A stretch of DNA of 64,000 bases from Dehalococcoidia bacterium. Its GTDB lineage: Bacteria > Chloroflexota > Dehalococcoidia > Dehalococcoidales > UBA1222. The position numbers and the translations under genes are program-made. Position 1 is the stretch's first letter, and each line of letters opens with the position of its first letter. The notes under the pieces were generated by a model. It ran no database searches. It was not told the DNA's origin and was given only the letters and a program-made list of their open reading frames with translations. Location of the stretch: the NCBI GenBank assembly GCA_003597995.1, contig QZJY01000070.1, forward strand, positions 2,081 through 66,080, written 5' to 3'. This document shows, in pieces, positions 50,819 through 60,266 of this stretch.

Positions 50819-51073
50819 TTAGCTTTTTTTCTCGGTTTCTTTAAGTTCTTCTGTGATGTCCTGAGACATCATGAGAAACAGCTTGCGAATTTTTTTCATG
50901 ACCTCTTCGGCGGCTTTCTCCCCGGCCAGGCGCGCTTCTTCGGCTGCTTTCCTGGCCTCACCTGCGGCCTTCTCCGCCAGTCCGATGCTGGCATCGATTT
51001 CATCCAGAATCTCGGGCAACGGTTTTTGCATAATGTTATGCCTGGCAGAAGTTGATCGTGTTTTATCTTCCAT
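50819..51073 (-). CDS. Small coiled-coil hypothetical protein
   Basis: AEKAAGEARKAAEEAR repeats; GAGGAG RBS. Confidence 0.65.
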   Translation of the reverse strand: MEDKTRSTSARHNIMQKPLPEILDEIDASIGLAEKAAGEARKAAEEARLAGEKAAEEVMKKIRKLFLMMSQDITEELKETEKKS

Positions 51074-51220
51074 TGCCCTTCTCCTCAGTAATAACTCCCC
51101 ACGACCGCAAGGTAGTGGTATTAACTTAATACAACCCTCGATTGCCCTGCGTCTTTTTGTCCTGCTCTAGGGAGAACTTCACTCCTCGAACACGATAGTC
51201 GGGGAATTAAATTTGGAAAG

Positions 51221-51394
51221 TTAAAAGAGGTGCAGTACCGCCTTCAGCAGCCAGACAGCCAGGATTATCACGGCAATAACAAGTATTATGTGGATCAGCC
51301 TTTGATCGGAAAAATGACTTCTCCCCCAACCGGTCCCCCAGCCTGTGAACCACAGTATAACCAGAATAATGACGATAAGTAATAAGATATCCAT
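51221..51394 (-). CDS. 57-aa lmo0937-like membrane peptide (not in ORF track)
   Basis: AGGAGGT RBS; MDILLLIVIILVILWFTG...LIHIILVIAVIIL. Confidence 0.75.
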   Translation of the reverse strand: MDILLLIVIILVILWFTGWGTGWGRSHFSDQRLIHIILVIAVIILAVWLLKAVLHLF

Positions 51395-51433
51395 GTTGAC
51401 CTCCTTGCCTTAGAGTGCCCCGGGGGCCCAAAC

Positions 51434-51577
51434 TTATTGTATGGCCTGAATAATGGCAATGATTCCGATAATGATGAGGTAAATGCCTATAAGATAGTTA
51501 AGTATCTTGGGGAAAATCATTATAATGACACCGAAAAGCAGAGTGATGATTCCCATTAGTAAACCGCTGATTACCAT
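51434..51577 (-). CDS. 47-aa DUF3096-like membrane peptide (not in ORF track)
   Basis: AGGAGG RBS; ...FGVIIMIFPKILNYLIGIYLIIIG. Confidence 0.8.
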   Translation of the reverse strand: MVISGLLMGIITLLFGVIIMIFPKILNYLIGIYLIIIGIIAIIQAIQ

Positions 51578-51660
51578 ATTAATCCTCCTATAAACCGACC
51601 TTCTTTAGTTTTCTAAACTCTTTTTTTATCCCATTCGTCGATCAAAAAGAGACTCGAACC

Positions 51661-51879
51661 CTATGCAGCTTCTTTGCCGCCGCGCATGGCTGAAGCCCGT
51701 TCCTTGACCTTCTCGGCTAGCTCACCGGCTTTTTCGCGGGCTTCCATGGCCTTCTCTTTGAGCATAGAGCGGGTCTCGGCGCCAGACTTGGGGGCATACA
51801 GCATACCCACTGCCAGCCCGAAGACCGCACCCGCTACGAGGCCTATAACCAGCCCCTTCGCCATTCCATTGTCATCCAT
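51661..51879 (-). CDS. YtxH-domain protein
   Basis: GLVAGAVFG..LYAPKSGAETR. Confidence 0.9.
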   Translation of the reverse strand: MDDNGMAKGLVIGLVAGAVFGLAVGMLYAPKSGAETRSMLKEKAMEAREKAGELAEKVKERASAMRGGKEAA

Positions 51880-51918
51880 GGTATTATCCCCCTATCTTAA
51901 AATATATGTCTTCCTGGT

Positions 51919-52164
51919 TTACATGCCGGCTTCGGTGCTGCCACGTATTCTTTCTTTAGCTCTTTCCATCATGGTGCCGGCGCGTTCTTTCATCTCTTCT
52001 GTCATCTCCCCGACTTTTCCCTTCATCTCCATAGCCCGCTCTTTGAGCATGGCTCTGGTTTCCCTACCTGGCCGCGGGGCATAAAGCAGGCCGATGGCCA
52101 GACCGAGAGCTAAACCGGCGGCCAGTCCCGCGCCCAACAAAGCACCGCTGTTTTCATTCTCCAT
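51919..52164 (-). CDS. YtxH-domain protein
   Basis: GLLYAPRPGRETR. Confidence 0.88.
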   Translation of the reverse strand: MENENSGALLGAGLAAGLALGLAIGLLYAPRPGRETRAMLKERAMEMKGKVGEMTEEMKERAGTMMERAKERIRGSTEAGM

Positions 52165-52447
52165 CAATCACCTCCTTTTTACTTCTTTTTAGAAATCCGC
52201 CTATAACTTCAATCCATCTGGCTATGCTCTGAAAAATACCCCCCACCTGGACAATGGGCCGCACTATCTGCTCTTTGGCGACAGTGGAGATCTCCTCGAT
52301 ATTGGATGACGTCACCTTTAAAGAATCAAGGATGAATTCCAAACGCCGAAACAGAGCGAAGGCCATTATCCCTATGATAATCAGAAAAATCACCCCTATC
52401 AAGCCGTAAACGATGATAGTCAGGTCGCGCAACCACTCGATTGTCAC
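52154..52447 (-). CDS. DUF948-like membrane protein
   Basis: N-terminal TM then amphipathic helix; precedes the ytxH-like genes. Confidence 0.6.
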   Translation of the reverse strand: MTIEWLRDLTIIVYGLIGVIFLIIIGIMAFALFRRLEFILDSLKVTSSNIEEISTVAKEQIVRPIVQVGGIFQSIARWIEVIGGFLKRSKKEVIDGE

Positions 52448-52493
52448 TTGATGCACCTCCAATCAGTTGCTGACACGAAGATGATAGGAGCTT

Positions 52494-52676
52494 TTAGTCG
52501 GCCTTATCTTCGACAGTCGCGCTGGGCGCATTCTGCTTGACGGATGCAATGCCTTTCATGGCACCGTCCTTGCTCGTATAACCCTCAGACACGGCGATGG
52601 TCTGACCATTGCCAACAACGAGCTTGAAGCGGAATTCTCCAGCCTTGTCCTTGTAGATTTCGAACTTTGCTGCCAT
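52494..52676 (-). CDS. YegP/DUF1508 family protein
   Basis: MAAKFEIYKDKAGEFRF...SEGYTSK. Confidence 0.9.
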   Translation of the reverse strand: MAAKFEIYKDKAGEFRFKLVVGNGQTIAVSEGYTSKDGAMKGIASVKQNAPSATVEDKAD

Positions 52677-52873
52677 GTTGTTCACTCCTTATTGAGTTGC
52701 CTTTTTCTCTTCTCGCCCTCGCCTAGGGGATAACAAAAGAGTAATAGGCATAGCTCCTCTAATGTAGAGCTAAGTATGTACCCTGTATCCCGAGGCCACA
52801 AGCCTCGCTAGCGGTTAAGGGACAGGTATGTTAGTGCTGATAGACTAATCTAATGAGTGGTAATGAATAGCAG

Positions 52874-52902
52874 TTGACAAAGCGGGGGTGGGGGGGTAAA
52901 TT
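52874..52902 (+). promoter_or_regulatory. sigma70 promoter of the NarL-type regulator
   Basis: TTGACA-17 nt-TAAATT. Confidence 0.6.
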
Positions 52903-52968
52903 GGTGACAGAAAGCGCACCAAAGTATTGGTTATGGGTACACTAAAGTGTACTGGGGAGGGGTGAACT

Positions 52969-53694
52969 ATGGCAGTCAAACAGCGCGAATCTGAAACGGT
53001 GGGTGTCCTGATGATTGATTTCAATCCGGTTGTTCGGGAGGGTCTGCAGTCTATTTTGGCTAAAGATGAGCGTATTGAAGTGACTGGAGACGTTCCTGAT
53101 GGGCCTGAAGCTCTTCTGCATATTAAACGAGCATGTGAGCGGGGACGGCCTGTGCATGTAGTGTTGACCGAGACCCGCAACGATCACCTGGATGGGGTGC
53201 AAGCTACCAGGCTTATCAAGGACGCATTCCCGGAGGTAGCTGTCCTGGTGCTGACGGAGAACCTTAACGATTCTTATGTAATTGACGCCATTCATGCGGG
53301 CGCGGGAGGATACATCTTCCTCAAGGACACGGTACCGGAAGCATTGCTGCAGAGCATCCATCGCGTTGTCGAGGGCAGCACGCAGATAAAGACGGCATTG
53401 CTGTACACTGCCGTGGAGAATTTGATTCAAAATGGCCGCAGGACGCTGGCCGAGCGTACCACTGAGGCGGCTCACCTTACCGCGAGAGAAGTCGACGTGC
53501 TGAGGCTGATGGGAAATGGAGACTCGAACAAGATAATCGCCGCAAGCCTTGGTATCACCATGGACACTGCCAAAAAACACGTCAGAAATGTTATCGACAA
53601 GTTGCAGGCACGCAGCCGCACCCATGCCGCTATTATCGCCGCCCAGGCAGGCATCGTGGGCAATCCCGTGGCTAACGACATTCATCAAGCCTAG
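52969..53694 (+). CDS. NarL/LuxR-family response regulator with atypical receiver
   Basis: LTAREVDVL..G.SNK.IA..L...T.K.HV HTH; receiver reads VVLTE at the phospho-Asp position. Confidence 0.92.
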   Translation: MAVKQRESETVGVLMIDFNPVVREGLQSILAKDERIEVTGDVPDGPEALLHIKRACERGRPVHVVLTETRNDHLDGVQATRLIKDAFPEVAVLVLTENLNDSYVIDAIHAGAGGYIFLKDTVPEALLQSIHRVVEGSTQIKTALLYTAVENLIQNGRRTLAERTTEAAHLTAREVDVLRLMGNGDSNKIIAASLGITMDTAKKHVRNVIDKLQARSRTHAAIIAAQAGIVGNPVANDIHQA

Positions 53695-53787
53695 TTTTGG
53701 CGGTTAATGCAGTAGTTGTCAGAACCAGTACAGAACAAAACGCGTGTATATAAAGCATTTGACATCTGCATTTACCTTTAAAAACAA

Positions 53788-53817
53788 GAAATGGTGAGTC
53801 GGGCTACTCACCATTTC
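53788..53817 (-). terminator. Intrinsic terminator of birA-bioY
   Basis: GAAATGGTGAGT / ACTCACCATTTC 12-bp stem, TTGTTTTT on the minus strand. Confidence 0.7.
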
Positions 53818-53960
53818 CGCGTATATCCGACCCTCCGTGCTGAAACGCTCCCCGGCGTTATATCACGCGCCAGGAGGGCGGCAATACTGCCCACACTGCT
53901 GGCGACAGGAGCAGAAGGCCAACAAGGTGTAGTCGGGGCCGCCTTACATCGAGCGGCTTC

Positions 53961-54602
53961 TCAGGGCAACCGCTCCTTCTCTGTAAATGACTCTTTCGGA
54001 GTGAGTATTCTGGCCGCCGCAGCCGCCAGTCCCGCTTTCAATATGTCTCCGGCGATGAAAGGCACTGCGCCAAGGCTGATAACGGATATTATACCGGCCG
54101 TGCTGCCCTTTACCATGTGCAGCCAGAAACCCAGCCACAGAAGTCCCGGGATATAAACCAGCACCAGGCTGGCAAAAAGCATCAGGCCGAACATGGCACT
54201 GAAGCTGCGGAATTTCGGGTATTTATCCGTGTAATAACCCAGGAAAAGCGCCGCCAGCACAAATCCGATAAGATAACCGCCCGTGGCGGAGAGCCCGCTA
54301 GTCCCGCCGTTGAACCAGGGTAAACCGGCAATCCCCAGGATGGCATATATGGCCAGGCTCACGCCACCCCACTTCCTGCCAAGCACAACTCCGGCCAGCA
54401 ATACGGCAAAAGTCTGGCCTGTAAGCGGCACGGGTGTAAAGGGGAGGGCGATGCGCACCTGGGCCAGCAGCCCGGTCAGTCCGGCCATCAGCAAAGCCAG
54501 CGTTATCTTCCAGGGAAGGCTGGCCTGATAGCGCCAGCGGAAGGCGCCCAGACGCGCCAGCCTTAAGGTCTCCAGGGTATGCGTTGCGGTGTTAGTTGCC
54601 AT
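53961..54602 (-). CDS. bioY: Biotin transporter
   Basis: PFTPVPLTGQTFAV, GGYLIGF, PFIAGDILK. Confidence 0.95.
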   Translation of the reverse strand: MATNTATHTLETLRLARLGAFRWRYQASLPWKITLALLMAGLTGLLAQVRIALPFTPVPLTGQTFAVLLAGVVLGRKWGGVSLAIYAILGIAGLPWFNGGTSGLSATGGYLIGFVLAALFLGYYTDKYPKFRSFSAMFGLMLFASLVLVYIPGLLWLGFWLHMVKGSTAGIISVISLGAVPFIAGDILKAGLAAAAARILTPKESFTEKERLP

Positions 54603-54637
54603 AATAAATTCCTTTCCCTGTTTAGTTTTGACTTAAA

Positions 54638-55624
54638 TCAAGTTGTAAGGTTTCTTAAAGACACGTCGCCGGCGACAATACGCTCTGTGTGGCCTGCGTC
54701 TGTTTTCAGCAGCAGGAAACCGTCTTGGTCGATGTCCAGCGCTTCTCCCGTCAGGCGTTCCCCGCTATCCGTGATTTCCACCAGAGAGCCGATGGTACTG
54801 CTGAGGCTTTTCCATTCCTGCCGGATACTTTCAAAGCCACCCGCCAGATAGCGGTGATAAACAGCCTCAAGCTCGGTCAAGAAACGCTGCACCAGGGCGA
54901 CACGTGATATCTTGTGTCCGCACTCGGCGCAAAGCGAAGTGGCGACGGCGCGGACAGGCTCCGACCAATCCGATTCACGCGTGTTCACATTAATGCCGAT
55001 ACCCAGGATGACGTGGTTGATGCGGTCTAACTCGCAGCTCATCTCGGTGAGAATGCCGGCTACTTTTTTGCCGCCAATGAGGATGTCGTTAGGCCACTTG
55101 ATGTCCGGCTTAAGACCGCTTTCGGCTCTGATAGCTCTGGCGGCGGCTACGCCGGCAATCAGGGGAATCTGCACAATCTGAGAGGGCTTCAACCCCGGTT
55201 TCAAAATGACGGAAAGGTAAACCCCGGCGCCCGGTGTAGAAATCCAGCTCCGGCCTTTCCTGCCCCGGCCCTGAGTCTGGTTTTCGGTGATGACCACCAG
55301 CCCCTCGGGTTCTCCTCCGCGGGCCAGTTCGGCGGCCAGGTCCTGAGTCGAGGCGCATTCGTCGCGGTAGACGATGCGTTTTCCGAAGCTCTGCGCGGCC
55401 AGACCGCGGCGGATTTCTTCGGGCAGCAACAGGTCGGGAGAGGAAACCAGCGAGTAGCCTTTGCGGGGCGAGGAGTCGATAACGTACCCCTGGCGGCGCA
55501 GCTCGTGGACGCACTTCCATATAGCAGCGCGCGACACACCGAGTTTCTTCCCCAGCGCCTCGCCCGAAAGCGGCTTTCCCCCCTGCCTGAAGGCTGCCAG
55601 AACGGCCTGTTTCACTGGCTGCAC
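54638..55624 (-). CDS. birA: Bifunctional biotin ligase/repressor
   Basis: N-terminal HTH (SGEALG..LGVSRAAIWK), QTQGRGRKGR, KWPND, KVAGIL. Confidence 0.96.
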   Translation of the reverse strand: MQPVKQAVLAAFRQGGKPLSGEALGKKLGVSRAAIWKCVHELRRQGYVIDSSPRKGYSLVSSPDLLLPEEIRRGLAAQSFGKRIVYRDECASTQDLAAELARGGEPEGLVVITENQTQGRGRKGRSWISTPGAGVYLSVILKPGLKPSQIVQIPLIAGVAAARAIRAESGLKPDIKWPNDILIGGKKVAGILTEMSCELDRINHVILGIGINVNTRESDWSEPVRAVATSLCAECGHKISRVALVQRFLTELEAVYHRYLAGGFESIRQEWKSLSSTIGSLVEITDSGERLTGEALDIDQDGFLLLKTDAGHTERIVAGDVSLRNLTT

Positions 55625-55648
55625 ATTATATCAGGCTGCATACGTCTA

Positions 55649-55679
55649 TGTAAACCTGTTTGTCAGCCGGCGGTTGACA
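55649..55679. promoter_or_regulatory. BirA operator
   Basis: TGTAAACC-N15-GGTTGACA, matching the bioO-type palindrome, 25 nt upstream of birA. Confidence 0.8.
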
Positions 55680-55849
55680 CAGGCAAATGGGGCGGTTGAT
55701 TTTCGCCGGCGGCATGTTTTTCAGCCAGCCGTTGTGCTATGATTATTGCGGCGGACACACGTCACCGTCCGCAATATCCACATCTATGTTTGTCCTTCTG
55801 CGACTCCTTGTGTTACTATATTCAGGTTTTTGTAAAGGAGTAGTCGAAT

Positions 55850-57391
55850 ATGACTATTGACGATAAACTCAGCCGCATGGAGGCGCTGCGCAAGGGCACC
55901 AGTATCGCCGAACGCATCGCCGCCCAGCACGCACGCGGCAAGCTCACCGCTCGCGAGAGAATAGAGCTGCTGCTCGACCCCGGCACCTTTCACGAGATGG
56001 GCGGTTTCGTGACCCACCGCGCCACCGATTTCGGCATGTCCGACCAGAAGGAATACTCCGACGCCGTCGTTACCGGCAGCGGCGAGATAGACGGACGCCC
56101 CGTTTTCGTGTTCTCACAGGATTTCACCTTTATCGGCGGGACTATTTCTGAAGTAGTGGGCCAAAAAGTTGGGCAGGTGATGGACCGAGCGCTGGAGCGC
56201 GGTATGCCCGTCATCGGCATTTACGACTCAGGTGGCGCGCGTATCCAGGAGGGCGTGGCCAGCCTGGCGGGTGTGGGCGAGATGCTGCTACGCAACGCTC
56301 GCTGTTCGGGCGCCATCCCTCAGATTGCGGTGGTGGTCGGTCCCAGCGCCGGCGGAGCCGTTTATTCCCCCGCCCTGTGCGACTTCGTCTTCACCGTGAA
56401 GGGCATCACCCAGATGTACATCACCGGCCCGGACGTGGTGCGCTCGGTGACCAATGAGGTAGTGAGCCACCAGGAGTTGGGCGGGGCCGAGGTGCACAAC
56501 CAGAAGAGCGGCGTGGCGCACTTCCTTTATGATAACGAGCAGGAGTGTTTTAAACAGGTCAGGAGGTTATTGAGCTTCCTGCCGCAGAACTGCAATGCAA
56601 AGACGCCAGTTGTCAAGACGGACGACAGCCCGCAGCGCACCGACGAAGCTCTTTTCACGCTGGTGCCGGACGACCCGCGCCTGCCCTACGACATGAAGAA
56701 AGTCATAAACACCATCGTGGACAATAGCGATTTCATGGAGGTGCAATCCCGCTTCGCCCCCAACATCATCTGCGGGCTGGCCAGGCTGGCGGGCAACTCC
56801 GTCGGCGTGGTGGCGCAGCAGCCATCGGTGCTGGCGGGGACCATCGATATCAATGCCTCCGTGAAAGCAGCGCGTTTCGTGCGCTTCTGCGACGCCTTCA
56901 ACATACCGCTGGTGAGCCTGGTGGACGTGCCCGGCTTCATGCCCGGCACCGAGCAGGAGCATGGCGGCATCATCCGCCACGGAGCAAAGCTGATTTATGC
57001 CTACGCTGAGGCCACCGTGCCAAAGCTGACCGTCATCACGCGCAAGGCTTACGGCGGGGCGTATATCGTCATGAGCTCGCATCACTTGAAGGGCGACATC
57101 AATTACGCCTGGCCGGGCGCCGAGATAGCCGTAATGGGAGCGGAGGCGGCGGTTAACATCATCTTCCGCAAGGTGATTGCCGACTCTCCAAATAAAGAAG
57201 AAACGCGCAAGAAGCTGGTGGAGGAATACCGCGCGCGCTTCGACAATCCGCTTCAGGCGGCGGGGCTGGGTTACATAGACGATATTATAGACCCGCGCCG
57301 CACGCGCCCCATGCTGATTCAGGCGCTGGAAATGCTGCGCGACAAGTGCCAGAAGCTGCCGCAGAAGAAGCACGGGAATATACCGCTGTAA
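55850..57391 (+). CDS. pccB: Acyl-CoA (propionyl/methylmalonyl-CoA) carboxyltransferase beta subunit
   Basis: DSGGARIQEG, AGGAVYSP, DVPGFMPG, RKAYGGAY, KKHGNIPL. Confidence 0.9.
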   Translation: MTIDDKLSRMEALRKGTSIAERIAAQHARGKLTARERIELLLDPGTFHEMGGFVTHRATDFGMSDQKEYSDAVVTGSGEIDGRPVFVFSQDFTFIGGTISEVVGQKVGQVMDRALERGMPVIGIYDSGGARIQEGVASLAGVGEMLLRNARCSGAIPQIAVVVGPSAGGAVYSPALCDFVFTVKGITQMYITGPDVVRSVTNEVVSHQELGGAEVHNQKSGVAHFLYDNEQECFKQVRRLLSFLPQNCNAKTPVVKTDDSPQRTDEALFTLVPDDPRLPYDMKKVINTIVDNSDFMEVQSRFAPNIICGLARLAGNSVGVVAQQPSVLAGTIDINASVKAARFVRFCDAFNIPLVSLVDVPGFMPGTEQEHGGIIRHGAKLIYAYAEATVPKLTVITRKAYGGAYIVMSSHHLKGDINYAWPGAEIAVMGAEAAVNIIFRKVIADSPNKEETRKKLVEEYRARFDNPLQAAGLGYIDDIIDPRRTRPMLIQALEMLRDKCQKLPQKKHGNIPL

Positions 57392-57871
57392 TCTTTCCTC
57401 TCCCCACTGTTGGTGAGGTCAGGTGAGGGGGCAAAATCTCCTAACCAGTCTCTCCCATTAACAAGAGGAGATTACAAGGGATTTGAGAGGTTTGATTCAT
57501 GAAGAATCCCTCTGCATCTCTCCTTCGGCAGGCTCAGGACAGGCTCTTTTCCAAAGGGAGAACCCACCCCATCCCGCCTTAGAAACAGACTGACGACGCG
57601 GCAAATTCGTTCCTCCCTCTTTTCGGATAAAACCAAAGTAAGGTTATCACTCGCAACTCTCACCCTCGCTGTTATCTCTCCCGTCGAGGGAGAGATGTTG
57701 TAATCCGTTTCCTCTCCCCTTGCGGGAGAGGATAAAGGTGAGGGGTGGACTCTCCATAAATGCCCTAGCATCGACTCTACAATCTAGCGAAATTGCGACC
57801 ACATTTTTATATCTTGAAGACATGTTGAAGCGCTCATACGCGCTGTGCCGCTGCCCGATTTCTTCAACCTA

Positions 57872-57900
57872 TTGACAACCTCTATCACTGGTGATATATT
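57872..57900 (+). promoter_or_regulatory. sigma70 promoter of the mod operon with overlapping palindrome
   Basis: TTGACA-17-TATATT; TATCAC-TG-GTGATA at 57883-57896. Confidence 0.65.
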
Positions 57901-57924
57901 GGTATGACAAAATGTTCGGAAAAG

Positions 57925-58050
57925 CGCACCAGGTTAGGTAATTAAGCAGAAGGTAGGCCCTGCCGGGGGAAACCAGGGTGATGGGTGTTTTTCTTCCGCC
58001 CGTCTTAAATGGATAACCTCCCCCTCCCGTGTGCGGAGCCCTGGGTGTAA
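57925..58050 (+). ncRNA. Moco/tungsten-cofactor riboswitch-like leader
   Basis: CACCAGG/CCTGGGTG closing stem; CAGGGT...CCTCCCGT..GGA elements; upstream of modA; hairpin at 58103-58129. Confidence 0.5.
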
Positions 58051-58172
58051 TCGGGCGAGCGGCAGGGGCTACCAACCAGATAGTAACTCGGTAGGTGTTA
58101 CGATGAAAGCCGCAGGCAGCGGCTTTCATCATGTAAAGAGGATAGATAAACAATGTTTATAGCGAGAATAAA

Positions 58173-58976
58173 TTGAACAGAATCGGTAAATTTCTCACCC
58201 TGTCTCTGGCTTTGCTGCTATTACTGGGCTCTCTCATCGGATGCGGCACGGCGGTTCCCACCACGGTCACCACCGCCCCGGTTACTTTGAACGTCTCCGC
58301 TGCCGCAAGCCTGACGAACGCTTTAAAGGAAATCAACGCCCTTTACACCCAGTTGAAACCCTGGGTAACCATCACGCCGAATTATGCCAGTTCCGGCACG
58401 CTTCAGACGCAGATAGAAAACGGTGCTCCCTGCGACGTGTTTCTTTCGGCGGCCGCGACACAGATGGATAACCTCCAGAATGAAAATCTGCTGCTCGCAG
58501 GCTCGCGCAAAAACCTTTTGAACAACAAAATCGTCCTGATAGTGCCCAAAAGCAGCACGCTCGGCATCACTGGTTTTTCCGACCTCACCCTCCCCAAGGT
58601 GAAGCTCATCGCCATCGGCGACCCTAAATCGGTCCCAGCAGGCACCTACGCCCAGCAGGCTTTTACTGAGCTCGGCATGCTGGCAGCCATACAGTCCAAG
58701 TTCGTGCTGGGAGCCACCGTGCCCCAGGTCCTGCAATATGTTGATGGGGGTAACGTCGACGCGGGCGTTGTCTTTGCCACTGATGCCCTGTCTGATAGCA
58801 ATGTCACCGTCGTCGCTACCGGCCCCGCCGATGTAAATGCCGGCATCGTTTATCCCGTGGCCATCATCAAGGCCAGCAAAAATGCCGACGCCGCCCAGGA
58901 CTATGTCAACTTTCTTAGCAGCGCTCAGGCCAAAGCCGTTTTTGAAAAATTTGGTTTCACTTTAGCAGCAAAATAG
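58173..58976 (+). CDS. modA: Molybdate-binding lipoprotein
   Basis: SAAASL, ASSGTLQTQIENGAP, VPAGTYA, IVYP. Confidence 0.95.
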   Translation: MNRIGKFLTLSLALLLLLGSLIGCGTAVPTTVTTAPVTLNVSAAASLTNALKEINALYTQLKPWVTITPNYASSGTLQTQIENGAPCDVFLSAAATQMDNLQNENLLLAGSRKNLLNNKIVLIVPKSSTLGITGFSDLTLPKVKLIAIGDPKSVPAGTYAQQAFTELGMLAAIQSKFVLGATVPQVLQYVDGGNVDAGVVFATDALSDSNVTVVATGPADVNAGIVYPVAIIKASKNADAAQDYVNFLSSAQAKAVFEKFGFTLAAK

Positions 58977-59040
58977 ATAAAATGCGCATACTAAAAAGTT
59001 TTGCCCGCGCAGCTCAGGTTAAATGGGAGATACTGCATAA

Positions 59041-59529
59041 GTGTATGAAGTAACTTGCCGTCAAATAGGTGTTATTTCCACCCCTTTTAAGCGGCATGAG
59101 GACACGCCGATACAGAGCTGTTTTGCCCCGGAAAGCCGCGGGCATATTGAACTGTTTCCTGAATATGCCGAAGGGCTCAAGGACATTGAAGGCTTTTCTC
59201 ACTTGATTCTCATATATTGTTTTCACCAAGCTCAGGATTATGAATTGCTTACCAAGCCGTTCCTCGATGCGGGCAAGAAAGGCGTATTTGCCACGCGTTA
59301 TTTCAAGCGGCCTAATTTCATAGGTCTTTCAGTAGTCAGGCTTATAGCTGTACGTGATAACTTGCTGGACATCGCCGAAGTGGACATGCTTGACGGTACG
59401 CCACTACTTGATATTAAACCATACGTGCACAGGTTCGATGTGCGCAAAGATACCAAGGACGGCTGGTTTAAAACAGCCAGCGAATGGTCGCGGTATGATA
59501 AACCCGAAGCACGCGGCACGCAATCATGA
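59041..59529 (+). CDS. tsaA: TsaA/TrmO-family SAM-binding protein
   Basis: IGVISTPF, GVFATR..RPN.IGLS, DGTPLLDIKPY. Confidence 0.9.
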   Translation: MYEVTCRQIGVISTPFKRHEDTPIQSCFAPESRGHIELFPEYAEGLKDIEGFSHLILIYCFHQAQDYELLTKPFLDAGKKGVFATRYFKRPNFIGLSVVRLIAVRDNLLDIAEVDMLDGTPLLDIKPYVHRFDVRKDTKDGWFKTASEWSRYDKPEARGTQS

Positions 59530-59557
59530 ATAGTCTCTCTCTCCAAAACAGGTTAGA

Positions 59558-60244
59558 ATGACGCAGGACTATTTATCGCCGCTGTGGATCTCGCTGCGGA
59601 CCGTTCTCACGGCTACCGTCATCACCTTTTTCCTGGGCATCGCCGCGGCGCGCTGGATGGCGCGTTATTCGGGCAGGCTTAAAAGCGTGGTGGACGGGCT
59701 TTTCATACTGCCGATGGTGCTGCCGCCTACGGTGGTGGGGTTCGGGCTGCTGCTGCTTTTCGGCAGCCACGGCCCTATCGGCAAGCTGCTTCTCAACATC
59801 GGTACGACAGTGGTATTCTCCTGGTGGGCCACCGTCATAGCCGCCGTGGTGATGGCCTTCCCTCTGATGTACATGACCGCCCGGGGTGCTTTCGAGCAGG
59901 TGGAGCCCAATATTCAGGATGCCGCCCGCACACTGGGCGCCAGCGAATGGCGCGTCTTCTGGACGGTGACGCTGCCGCTGGCCTGGCCGGGGGTGGCCGC
60001 CGGGACAGTGCTGGCGCTGGCGCGCACACTGGGCGAGTTCGGCGCCACGCTCATGCTGGCCGGCAATATCCCCGGCAAGACGGCCACCATACCGGTTGCC
60101 ATCTATTTCGCTATCCAGTCGGGAGACACCCGACAGGCGCTCATACTGGTCGCCATCGTGCTGCTGATTTCATTCGCCGCGCTGGCGGCCATCGCCTACT
60201 GGAAGGGGCGCACCCCGAAGACCAGAGGCTTCCTCATAAACTGA
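59558..60244 (+). CDS. modB: Molybdate ABC permease
   Basis: LPMVLPPTVVG, AARTLGA, LGEFGAT..AGNIPG. Confidence 0.96.
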   Translation: MTQDYLSPLWISLRTVLTATVITFFLGIAAARWMARYSGRLKSVVDGLFILPMVLPPTVVGFGLLLLFGSHGPIGKLLLNIGTTVVFSWWATVIAAVVMAFPLMYMTARGAFEQVEPNIQDAARTLGASEWRVFWTVTLPLAWPGVAAGTVLALARTLGEFGATLMLAGNIPGKTATIPVAIYFAIQSGDTRQALILVAIVLLISFAALAAIAYWKGRTPKTRGFLIN

Positions 60245-60266
60245 GTATTAGAACCAGGAATAACTT

